A stretch of 64,000 nt of DNA from positions 3,534,001 to 3,598,000 of the forward strand of contig CATNEN010000011.1 in NCBI GenBank assembly GCA_950097015.1. The letters run 5' to 3'. Source of the stretch: Macrostomum hystrix (taxonomy: Eukaryota > Animalia > Platyhelminthes). The translations under genes were made by a program, and so were the position numbers. Shown here piece after piece: positions 36,476 to 48,200 of the stretch. The number at the start of each line of letters is the position of its first letter. Within the stretch, counting starts at the first letter, position 1. Below the pieces are notes generated by a model. It was not told the DNA's origin, did not search any database, and worked only from the letters and a program-made list of their open reading frames with translations.

Positions 36476-37830
36476 TTATGCTTGAAGCAATTTCGAGGTT
36501 AGTATAACTTTACTTTGATAAAAATTTCTTGTGATATTTACTTCAACCTTGTCCTGCTTTAATTATCTTGCTACAATTAAAAGCATAGTTAAGAGTAACT
36601 AAAAGCAGACCAGGACCAGCAATTACTATATTTAAAGTCGCAAATAGATTTGCACGTTCGGTTGATTGCACAGACGAACTGAACCGGAACTCTAGTTAGC
36701 TTGCTGCTAAGTCTATTTCAACTTTAAGTAGCGCTTGTGTTGCTTAGATTTTTGGCCTCCATTGAACTCGTAATGCTCGCTTAGAAATAGCCTAATTAGC
36801 CTGAGTACCTGTAAATTAATAACAGCAAATTACATTACCAGCATGCGCTTACATTAAATTCGCAATTTAAAAGAACGCACACAATCCAGTAAAACAAGAG
36901 CAAACATTTGTTTATTTTTGCGCGTTTTTCCTCCAGCAGATGAGAAACAGGTCGATATTTGCAAAAGTATAATAATTTTACTCTGAGAAACACATTGATG
37001 CGCGCAGTGCAGCGAGGTGAGAGGAGCTGAGGACTCATGCGAGTGTAGTATGCGAAAAATTCCCTGTTCTTGGAACAGTTTCACGTCGACCCATGAAACT
37101 TTGTTTTGAATCATAATTGCGTCACAAAAAAATAAAGGAAATAAATAATAAATAATAAACAATGGTTTATTTATGAGGCTCAACATACAAAACAAGGAAA
37201 TAGAAACATAGGAAACAGTAGAAAATGGTGTGGTCGAAGTGACAGCAATTCACTAGCAATAAGTAAGTTGAAACTCAACTTAACTCCAGAGAGAAAAGGA
37301 TAGTTAACTTGCCACATACTGAATTGGCATGACTGGTTGTGCTGTTGTGTGTAATGCTGAAAATATTACAATAGTTAATTACAAATGACAAACGCATGAA
37401 TCGACTAACTTGTTTTTGACTTCTATGCTCGAACTATGTAGCAATACAACTATGAAACAATAATATATAACAGAAAAGTAAAAACACTCTGCTCAGAACG
37501 AAAAAGTTTCAGCCGCATGTATCACAATTAAAATAAATTCAACAGAATAAACCGATACATAACACATTCTGGAAAAGTGAGATTTTGTGTGCTGGATTCT
37601 GTGTGTTGGTAAATTGACTAAATATTTAATCCTGTTTTGTGGAATTAAAATCAAACTGCCAATGGCGATATTGACTGCAATTTAATTACTCAATTTCAGT
37701 TACTTGTCGACAGTGTCCACGGATGTTGTAATTCGATTAAAGGAAATCGCTTCTAGGAAAATCAATTACATTGTGCAAAAGAATAACGTGCAGAAATTTG
37801 ACCACTGCCTACTAGTGCTATTTTGACTCA

Positions 37831-39255
37831 TCAGCAGGCGCTCTTCCAAATCTTAGTAGATGTTGCTGATGCTCCGCCTTCAGTGGACGATCTCGTTAGT
37901 GGCTGCGTCAGAGGAACAGATGCAGTAGCTACGACCGCAACGGATCCGGAGCCCTGACTGCTGTTCTTCTGGTGCCTGCCTGCCAGCAGACGACGGGCTT
38001 CTCGACCAGCTGCTGTTGAAGATGTCCCAGGTGCCAAGTCATCCTCATCGGAGGTGTCGTCCAGAGCTCGGTTCGTGAAGCTGAGTCGGTGCTGCAGCGG
38101 AGGCACCTGTGCTGATGACACCTCGCGTCGAGTAAAAACGCCTCGACTGCCGCGCTGCTGCTGTTGCTGTTGCTGCTGCTGCTGCTGTTGCAGTTGCAAA
38201 GCCGTTGCAGATGGCGGAGGCGGTGGAGGGGGTGGTAAAGCTCTGGCAGGCTGGAAAAATATGAAATCATCGTCTTCATCTTCGAGGTAATGGCTACGTC
38301 GGCTGCCTTGCATGAAGTAACTCACCATTGCCACGTCGTCATCGTCATCCTCTTCATCATCGTCGAAATTATCATCTTCGTCATCTAGATCGATGAGCCG
38401 TTTTTCTGGCGGCGGTGGTGGACTGGGTACGGACGTTGGTCGATAGTCAACTCTTCCAGAGATGTCAGTAGGCACGCCAGCATAGTCTAATACAGTCGCA
38501 TCAGCATCCTGCTCAAGGTAGTCTTCTTCGCTGCACTCGCCACAATCGTTCTCATGAATTTGGGCATGGGTCACACGACTGAGGCTGGTGGCGACAAAGG
38601 AGCCGGTTGGAGACCGCTGCTGACAAGGATGACTTCGTTGCTTAATGTTGCGATGACGGTTGGCCCCTGCTGGGTCGGCAGATGTCTCATACGTTGGCGA
38701 CTCGGCATGGGACTGAGTACGCACCATTTCTATGTCAGGCGTAGATTGCAGACTCTGTTGAGGTCCGATGCTCTGAGTTAGGTAACGATAAGTGACTCGC
38801 TTGGGCACTCGCGGACCCAGATCGCTGTAGTTGCGCGTCAGCGACTTGCGTTGCTGACGCGACTGGCAGTCCTGCAGGATGGAGCGAAGGCCAGCGAGAC
38901 CCGTTGGAAGATGCGGATGGTGCTGCAGCTGGGGTTGGCAGTTGGGCTGGGTGTCGCTGTCAACACTGCCCCCGCCGGAGGAGCTAAGAAGTGGACGAGC
39001 GCTGCTGCTGCTTACGCGCGCACCACCCCCGCCGCTGTCGCCCCCTTCGCCACCTCCGCCGCCAGCATCATCGTCTCCACCGCCCTTTCCACCACCACCA
39101 CCACAACCGCCGATTTCGCCTCCATTTCCATCCCCATCAGGATTTTCAGCGTCGCGAATAGCAGCGATAGGTCCACCATGGCTGCAGAACACTGCTCGCC
39201 TGTCCTCTTTGTACATGTCGATAAGCAGCTCAAGCTTCCGCTCAATGTCTTCCAC
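37831..39255 (-). CDS. KCNQ: KCNQ terminal exon (helix D + long low-complexity tail)
   Basis: CTTAG|GTG GAA GAC ATT GAG CGG; open for 474 codons; poly-G, poly-D/E, poly-P and poly-Q tracts; TGA at 37833-37831. Confidence 0.9.
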   Translation of the reverse strand: MEDIERKLELLIDMYKEDRRAVFCSHGGPIAAIRDAENPDGDGNGGEIGGCGGGGGKGGGDDDAGGGGGEGGDSGGGGARVSSSSARPLLSSSGGGSVDSDTQPNCQPQLQHHPHLPTGLAGLRSILQDCQSRQQRKSLTRNYSDLGPRVPKRVTYRYLTQSIGPQQSLQSTPDIEMVRTQSHAESPTYETSADPAGANRHRNIKQRSHPCQQRSPTGSFVATSLSRVTHAQIHENDCGECSEEDYLEQDADATVLDYAGVPTDISGRVDYRPTSVPSPPPPPEKRLIDLDDEDDNFDDDEEDDDDDVAMVSYFMQGSRRSHYLEDEDDDFIFFQPARALPPPPPPPPSATALQLQQQQQQQQQQQQRGSRGVFTRREVSSAQVPPLQHRLSFTNRALDDTSDEDDLAPGTSSTAAGREARRLLAGRHQKNSSQGSGSVAVVATASVPLTQPLTRSSTEGGASATSTKIWKSAC

Positions 39256-42200
39256 CTAAGTATCGAGATAAGATGCTCAATTTAAATAACCAAGGAAGTC
39301 AGTTTTAATACTTTTGTGAGTTTTCACCGAAGTTCCGTCAAATGTAAAATCTGCAATGCTTACTGATCGTTCCACCTTGACGATTCGCGAAGCCAAGCTG
39401 ACTTTGCTCTCATACGCATCCTTGTCTTTGCTGCCTTGGCGGCCCAGTATTTGGTCAAGCCTTATTAAAAAATGAGTTTTATGTTATTTCCTTATGCGTT
39501 TTATGCCTGGTATTAACTAGGTAGTTTTTAATTACCTGAGCTGCAAGACTTTGATTCTTGCCAGCATGTCAACGTGTCCAGCAGAGTATTGCTCAATGAC
39601 ATCTTTAACATCATAAGGACGCAGGGCCTCTCGGAACTTTCGTCTGGCCACAAAATACTTCACTTTTCGTATGACCCGTATGGCGTTCTTGTGCATCTCG
39701 GTGAGCTTCATCGGCGTCTCTTCGTCTGTGGTTTCAGAATATAAGCAGTACTTTGACAGTGCATTTTTCGACGAATAAAAGAACGAAGGAATTTAATGAC
39801 AAATGAAGTTACGTTCTGATAAGTCTTCTGAGTGACCCTAAGCGGTTCTTACCATCATCCTTCTGAGAAATGGACGTTAGAGACGGCTGCTGTTCTAGAG
39901 TGCCTCCTGGAGTATCGGCTATGGCGAGAGAGACGTGGCTTCTGTAACGGGGAAGTGTTTAAAACAAAAATTAGGATTTTTTTCAAGTTGAAACATAAAA
40001 ATATGACAAAAACTCGTTTAAAATGTCTCGCATAATGAAACAAAAGTGTCGAGTACATTTTCTATTATGGCTTACAGCGAAAGCTTAGCAGTAAGAAATT
40101 AATGACCTGTTTAAATAACTCCATTAGCGTTTTGCGGTAATGTTTTGCGCCAACTTATTTGCATTAAAGCATCTGCAACTCAGTCAAAAGCTATTTACGA
40201 GCTAGGAGTTATTTGAATCTATGATTACTCAGAAGCCTTCTGTTGCGGTGAAACTAAGTAGTTTACAGTATGTGTACTCAAAATATGAAAATTGTTTATC
40301 TAGATTAAAATTCGGTGCTACAATATAAATTATAATAGTTTTGTTATTTACGAGATTTTGCTTTACATGGAGCTGCAATACATGAATGTACGACTAAAAA
40401 AATGTGCCCGAAAACTTTGATTATTTTACATGTAACTGGGGAAAGATAAATTTGAAATCGCGACAAACTTTCGGCCTCATTATAACCGAAGGCGCAGAAA
40501 AACACTTTTTAATAAGTTCGCAATCGCATTTGACACCCTTACAATAAACTGAAGTGATCACTGAATGCAGCAAATAAGCTAGCGTTGCTGCTGCTTACTG
40601 TCTTTCATAAATAGTCTAGACCAGCTCTAAACTATTGGTTTGTCACATTTCAATAAAAAAGTTTTTCTCAATCGCTCTCTAGCACGCATAAACGAGCTAT
40701 ATATGATTAAATATATATAGTTATAATAAATGCGTAATAAATGTTATAAGGTAAACAGGTAAGGCGCAAGAGTTAATAAATAGACTGTGGCTATTCTAAA
40801 TAATCAAATGCAAGGAAAACTGCTGCTTTACGAACAACTATAAACTGATAGCGAATGAGGAAGGATAACAAATATTTGTAAACATGACTGGACCGGGGAT
40901 GAGCTGCATTCTCCCTCTCTCTGAACTCAAGCAATATCATGGTCGATTTCTTAAATCTAAGATCAACCTCCTGATCACCTAAACGAGGTGGCGAGGTCGG
41001 CAAACTTGCGGATGACGGAACGTTTCCGAGTTTTCGTCAAGTCTCGCCTGCGCTGCATCTCAGCGTCTTCGTCAGCCAGCTGCTGGGCTTCGTCTGTTGA
41101 TGACGCCTCACCGCTGGAGGGCAGGCGAGCAGCCGCCGAGTCACCAGCTGTTGCCTCTGCGGCTGATGAGGGACTGGCGGCGTTTTGTATAATAAAGAAA
41201 TCGAGCTGCAGTTTTCGCTTAATTATGTTTTTCTCTTATTCGGCAGGGTTGGAGGGAGAGTAAAGGACGAAGCAGAACGTGTTTCCTTCATGTTACATTT
41301 GGCACATATATCTATGCTAGGGACCTTAGTAGGCGGGACATCAGTAGATTCTAAACATACCTAAGAAGGTTCACATTAGCCTGTATTGGCTTCATCTAGC
41401 ACGCTTACCAAACTCGCCGAGGTGAATAATCTCGCTTGCGCCATGCTCAGACTTTAACAAGTTACAAAAAGGTGGCACAACACTGCTACGTTATGATCAT
41501 GTTGGGACACTTGATTAGTAGAAACGAGTTAGTAGTCATAAAAGTTTGACCTTCAATGTCAGTAGAATCACTTCTACGCTACATAAACAGCTACTCCAGA
41601 TTGAGATTTATTTATTCGTAGCTAATCGAATCATTTGTTTATTCGAAGAAGTGGATCTTTTGCAAATGAAGGCCCTTACAAGTACGCTGCTACTTCAAAG
41701 ACACATTAATTTTTTCTAGAAGGGATGCTTAACGAAAATCATTTCTAATATCAAACCAAAATTCTGTAGAAATTCACATTCTACACAATAAGTGAATAAA
41801 CAAAATAATCTATTTTTTAGGTTAGTAAATACAAACGAAAGACTTACAGAGATAATGGTCAGTGATAGGATTTACGATATCTTAGGATTTTGGCAAGAGT
41901 CTGATTAAAAAACAAAGCAACTTGTTCCCTCAACTAGAGCCACTGTGAAGCCTTGTTGTGAAGCTCATTCACAAAGTCGTTGTTAAAATAGATAGCACTT
42001 TTATAGCCTGATGTATAATTTGAATAGTAAAATCTCAGCACCTTGAGACGATAATTACAGAATATTCTCAAAACGTTTCAATACAGTCTAGCCCTTACTC
42101 TCTAGTCTACATTACGAACATTCAGATGACAATATTTTTGTACTTTCGGGATCAACGCATCATGCACTTATCCAATTTGATTTGCAGTAGTATTTTATCT

Positions 42201-45200
42201 ATATGTAGAACGATGCAAAAGATTGAAATTGCACAATCTTTACATTACAAGCTGCGCCCATTCATCTTAGTAAAATTATATAAGTTTCGAGCGAACTCAC
42301 TTTCCACCAGACGAAGACGCTGCGCCCGCTTCTGCCACTACAGAGTTCGGGCTGCTAGGATCAAGGTCGGGCATGGCGTTTCTTCGAGACGGCATGTAGC
42401 CGCCTGAGGTACCGCCGGCGTTGCCACCGCTGCCACCGCCCGTGCCGCCACTTCTGTCACAGGATCGCTCGGATTTGTTTCGCTTCATAGTTGGAATGCG
42501 GCCGAATTTGCTGTCAATTGGAGTTTTTGTTGGGCTTAGTGAGGACTCTACGAATCTTTTTAATAAGTTGAAGCAAAAAGTTGTGAATAATGCATATTTT
42601 CTTGAACGCAGGTGTTAAATAAGGTCTTTTAAAGCAATTTTTAATCAAGTTGTACCAAAGCCAGTTCCATATCATTTCTTTTATTAAAATAAGATATTGA
42701 GACATTTCTAACTATGTTTAGATCTACAGCTCGGAAAAATTATTCCAATAAACTTTATCTAGCTATTAGAATAAAAATTAATCCGGATATTGTGAAATTT
42801 AGTGAAATTTTAGACAGCAAACAATAGTGCGGCTAAGATCTTGTTTTACAGGAAAGTAGAAAGCTGAACTGACAAATCAAGTTTCAAAATTTGAAAGCAC
42901 TAAATAAATGTGACCAATAGAGTCAGTACCATTTCCGCCATTCATTTCTAGTACTCGTACTTGTCAGTCCGTTGACCCATTAGTTTTTTAATGATGGTGC
43001 AATAACACAATAAAAAACCATTTGTGATGATTTTTAGCTATTTATTTCCCGTGACAGGATAAAATTTTCCCGTGAAAAAGATAACGCTAAGTTCTCTGGT
43101 TAGAGCACTATCAAAATTAGGGCAACGTTTGCAGTGCTCTAATTGAGCTACCTTCGCCAGGCGTGACCCGGACTGGCTTGTTCGCTACTAGCCAGGTGTG
43201 GAAATGGAGGTCTGAAAGATTCGATTATTGGTAGAAGTGCTTTTAAACACACAAAACTAATTGTCTCACAAGAGGCAACTGGCACACTCTACTGCTGTCT
43301 CTAACTGCTGCAAAACAATCCCATTAAAATAGGCATTGTACGGCTTCAAAATAATTTCTTAGAATTCAAAGCTAAATTCGTGAGTAGAAGCTTTAAGCAT
43401 TGTGGTTGCAAACGATTAATGAATTAGTGTCGGTCGAAAGCTGTAGAGTTTTTCATACATTAGTAAAATTTTTGTCAAAATGATTTCATAAATATATATT
43501 TATTTTATCTAGGCTCTTTTTAAACAAGCTCGTAATTTTGTAAAATTCAAGCGAACCAAAAAGTTTAATCAGTCCAGTAAAATGACATGCTCACCCAAAA
43601 AAGATTACGAGCAAAGTAAAAGAAGATTACAGTCTAAGCATTAAGCAAGTAAAAAATAGTTCCAGCTGCCATACCTAAATGATTCACGGTCTAAGCTGAA
43701 GTTAAGAAAACCCAGTAAAGATGCCAACAAACAAAGAACATGTAAAACTGGAAGATAAAATGCAAAAATAAATATAGAAAGCTTCGAAGCGAACAAAAAT
43801 GGAAAGGAAAATACATGACGCAATGCAAGTATTAAAATGGGTGGACCAGAAAGCTCTCTGAGCGGATTTGACGCACGTGTACACGATGCCCAGTTACTGA
43901 TACCTCATTGTTGGACATACCGTCTAAAGCTTGAAGTGCTCTCTTGATAGAAGCTTGCTCAATTGTGCAGATCATTTTTAATGATGCCAAGGAAGATGTT
44001 GGCGAGCGGGAGAATGGAGTGGTTGCGTGAATTCACTTTGTCTTTAAAATGTACAGTAAATATAAAAACATGTACATGAAGACTTTTACGGTTGTAATTC
44101 GGTGCATGCTAATAATAAGATATGTTTTGCATTAGAGAAATGCGACTCTTAAAACTCGATGAAGATTCCTTCTTAGTGATGAATATATCATAAATAAACA
44201 GCTATAAATAAAACAACAACTTAATAGGCAGATAGTTGGAAATTAAAACGAAGGTTGTACACGTAAGCTGGCGACAGTAAAGACTATAGGTCTATAACTC
44301 ATACTTTCGCTACGAAACTAAAATTATTATATTCACTACTACAAGTAGCATTAAATTAGGCATTAGAAAATGAAATCATCGCTTACGTGCTGGGTGATCT
44401 CATTGGTCGCATGTGCGGCTTCCAGGTGGCCACCGAGGTGCTCGATGGGTCGGCGGCGTAGCAGCGCCACAGCGATTGAATCAACGTCGCGGCCGGCACG
44501 CGCCGCCTGATGAGGTGTTTCTGACGCTGATGCTGCTGAACTTTTAGGGCGAAACCAGAGCCGAGAATGCCCTGAAATTATATTGAACATTGAAACAGAG
44601 TCACATCAGATAATCAGAAAATACCAGCTATAAGTGCTTCTAGTCTAGAAGAAAATTAGATAAATGCATGCACTAAAATACTGGTGCACAACAACCAAAA
44701 ATGCTAGCGAATAGAGGCTATAAAATAAATGATAACTGACACTGAGTGTCGTGAGGGAGTTACATGAAACTGAACTCATATATTTGACAATAGAAGGACC
44801 ATTTTAAATATACATGGGAGATATTTTAAATAACCTCATCATCTTAATTTTTTCTATGTCGGACTACTTTTAAAGCTAGTTCATCGTAATGGACGGAACA
44901 TTTTAACTCATAAGGTGGACTTTCACGAAAAATCGGTTTATTCGGCTTTGGAACTATCGCAAAGTAGGCAGTGGGTATTGGAAAACCCCTGAGCTATTTT
45001 TAAGGGGTAATTAGTGTGGTCCTTTTACTGTTAACCGTTTATAATCTCTCCCATGTCTAATCTTTCCTGTGTGGAATCTCTCCCGTATCTAATCTGTCCC
45101 GTGTCTAATATCTCCCGTGTCTAATATCTCCCGTGTCTAACATCTCCCGTGTCTAATATCTCCCGTGTCTAATATGTCCCGTGTCTAATCTCTCCCGTGT

Positions 45201-48200
45201 CTAATATCTCCCGTGTCTAATATGTACCGTGTCTAATCTCTCCCGTGTCGAATCTCTCCCGTGTCTAATCTCTCCCGTGTCGAATTTCTCCCGTGTCGAA
45301 TCTCTCCCGTGTCGAATCTCTCCCGTGAAGAATCTCTCCCGTGTAGAATCTCTCCCGTGTAGAATCTCTCCCGTGTAGAATCTCTCCCGTGTCGAATCTC
45401 TCCCGTGAAGAATCTCTCCCGTGAAGAATCTCTCCCGTGTAGAATCTCTCCCGTGTCGAATCTCTCCCGTGAAGAATCTCTCCCGTGTCTAATATGTCCC
45501 GTGTCTAATCTCTCCCGTGTCGAATCTCTCCCGTGAAGAATCTCTCCCGTGTAGAATCTCTCCCGTGTAGAATCTCTCCCGTGTAGAATCTCTCCCGTGT
45601 AGAATCTCTCCCGTGAAGAATCTCTCCCGTGTAGAATCTCTCCCGTGTAGAATCTCTCCCGTGTAGAATCTCTCCCGTGTAGAATCTCTCCCGTGTAGAA
45701 TCTCTCCCGTGTAGAATCTCTCCCGTGTAGAATCTCTCCCGTGAAGAATCTCTCCCGTGTAGAATCTCTCCCGTGTCGAATCTCTCCCGTGAAGAATCTC
45801 TCCCGTGTAGAATCTCTCCCGTGTAGAATCTCTCCCGTGTAGAATCTCTCCCGTGTCGAATCTCTCCCGTGAAGAATCTCTCCCGTGTCTAATCTCTCCC
45901 GTGTCGAATTTCTCCCGTGTAGAATCTCTCCCGTGTAGAATCTCTCCCGTGTAGAATCTCTCCCGTGTCTGCTAAGAAAATCCAAATTTATCAGTGCTGA
46001 TAAAAAAGGAGAAATTGAAGAACGCAAAGACAACAAGCTGGTGAGCAGACTAGTGACAGCGGTACTGAGTAGGCAGGCTGCGATCCATAGCATGAGCTGC
46101 TTACAGCAGGCAGGGCAAAGAACGATATGCCGGCAATGGAACAGAAAGAGGCAACAATTTTTCCGCTCCAAGTTTTCGGGGTCACGTCGCCATAGCCCAC
46201 TGTACACAGGGTGATCTGCAAACGGGGGTGTTTTTTTAGTTTTTTTTGTTTTTTTTCGGCTCTCATTGCAACCTAAATTGCGGGATTTCAGTTTGTCAAT
46301 AGAAGCCCTGTGTTTATCAATTTAACATAAAATCTTCATAAAAAACGACACCCTTGGTTGGCAGAACTGACACCCTGTGCTGGCACAGTTGGGCTATGGC
46401 TGTTAGTAAAGTTCAGCACTTTCTTATGAAAACTTGCGCTTAGCGATCCGTAATTATTGTACTTTTACGACTGTACAGTAAGTTATCACAGTAAGGGGCA
46501 TAAGCGTCAAACATAAAGAATAATCAATTTAGAAAAAAATTGTCAGAAAGACTAGACAGAGTATGGCAGGGTATTTGATTAAACTCCCTCTCAATTGTCG
46601 AACAGTTCCTTTTTTCGCTCCCCAAAGACCCACTTCCTTTCCAACTCACTCCGTTCTCAACTCACCCATTCTTCAACTCACTCCGTTCTCAACTCATTCC
46701 ATTCTTAACTCACTGCCTTCGAAACTTACTCCATTCTCAACTCACTCCATTCTCAACTCACTCCCTTGACAACTCACTCCGTTCTCAACTCACTCCGTTC
46801 TCAACTCACTCCATTCTCAACTCACTCCATTCTCTACTCACTCCCTTGACAACTCACTCCATTCTCAACTCACTCCATTCTCAACTCACTCCATTCTCTA
46901 CTCACTCCCTTGACAACTCACTCCATTCTCAACTCACTCCGTTCTCAACTCACTCCATTCTCAACTCACTCCATTCTTCAACTCACTCCGTTCTCAACTC
47001 ATTCCATTCTCAACTCACTCCATTCTCAACTGACTCCATTCTCAACTCACTCCATTCTCAACTCACTCCCTTGACAACTCACTCCATTCTCAACTCACTC
47101 CGTTCTCAACTCAATCCATTCTCAACTCACTCCCTTGACAACTCACTCCATTCTCAACTCACTCCGTTCTCAACTCAATCCATTCTCAACTCACTCCTAT
47201 TACCATTTCAAGTCATTATTTTTTCGAGTCATTCAATTTACATTAGAAGCTATTGTAAAGATGCGCCATTAGGTATTACCACTTTAGTTTTTCTATTCTA
47301 GGTCACACAAAAGTTTCGTAGAATTTAAAAGGAAGCAGGTAAAAAAACAAAAGCCTATATTAATTAGTTTCTTTTATTTATAGCATCTACTACGAGAGTA
47401 CAAAGGCAAGGATTGATAGCATAGCAACATTCAGCTCACATACTATAAGTGCAAGCTATGAGGATAAGTACGCATTGTTTAAAGTGCATTTCTACACGAA
47501 ATTTTGTTATTCTCTAGTCAAAACTTTCCTGTTAAACTCGAGACGACAGTTAAGAAACAAAGTTTCAGAAGTATTCGTAGGAACCGGTTCTCGTTTAATA
47601 TTTCCGCAAACTAATTTTTTCCAGTTAGTTTACCGTGAAACTTTGTCTCTAAAAACTGTCAAATGAGACCTCCTGGCTTCGTCCTGAGACAACTCACCGG
47701 CGGCAAGGCATAGAAGCTAATAATAGTGAGACAAGCGGCTGAGCAAGCCAGTTTGCCAAGGTAGGAAATTGGTACGGTCTGGCCATAGCCCACTGTACAC
47801 AGGGTGGTCTGCCAACACGGATGGTGTCACGTTAGCCAAATTTTTTACAAAATATTTCTCTACGAATGATCCATTTGCAACAGACTACTTACGGTAGTGG
47901 CATGAACATGTAAGTAATAAAATAATTCGATTTAAAATGCGATTTGCGTGACTGGTAATTGATGCCGCTTTCTATAGCATGTTAATTGACTTGCACTTTT
48001 AATAATTTATTACCCTACCTTGAACAGCAAGAATCAAAAGTTAAATTCAATGCCAGTCACGATCCTAGCTGCCTCAATTATTGATGTTAACCTTTTGTAT
48101 CTAGCCGTAGATTGAGCCAGTGTTGAAAGTTTCTGAGAGCACTGAGCCAAGTGTGCAGCAGAAAGTACAGCCGCATCTATTGCATGGTGAATCGGAAGGC

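Noticed and set aside
38054-39285. Plus-strand ORFs overlapping the KCNQ terminal exon
   Set aside because: GC-rich antisense shadow frames with no independent signal.
45233-46207. 324-aa ORF ([16 protein letters not shown] repeats)
   Set aside because: Artefact of the 16-bp minisatellite inside a KCNQ intron; the frame is out of phase with the channel.
46846-47301. 151-aa HSILNSL repeat ORF
   Set aside because: Translation of the 16-bp intronic minisatellite, antisense to KCNQ.
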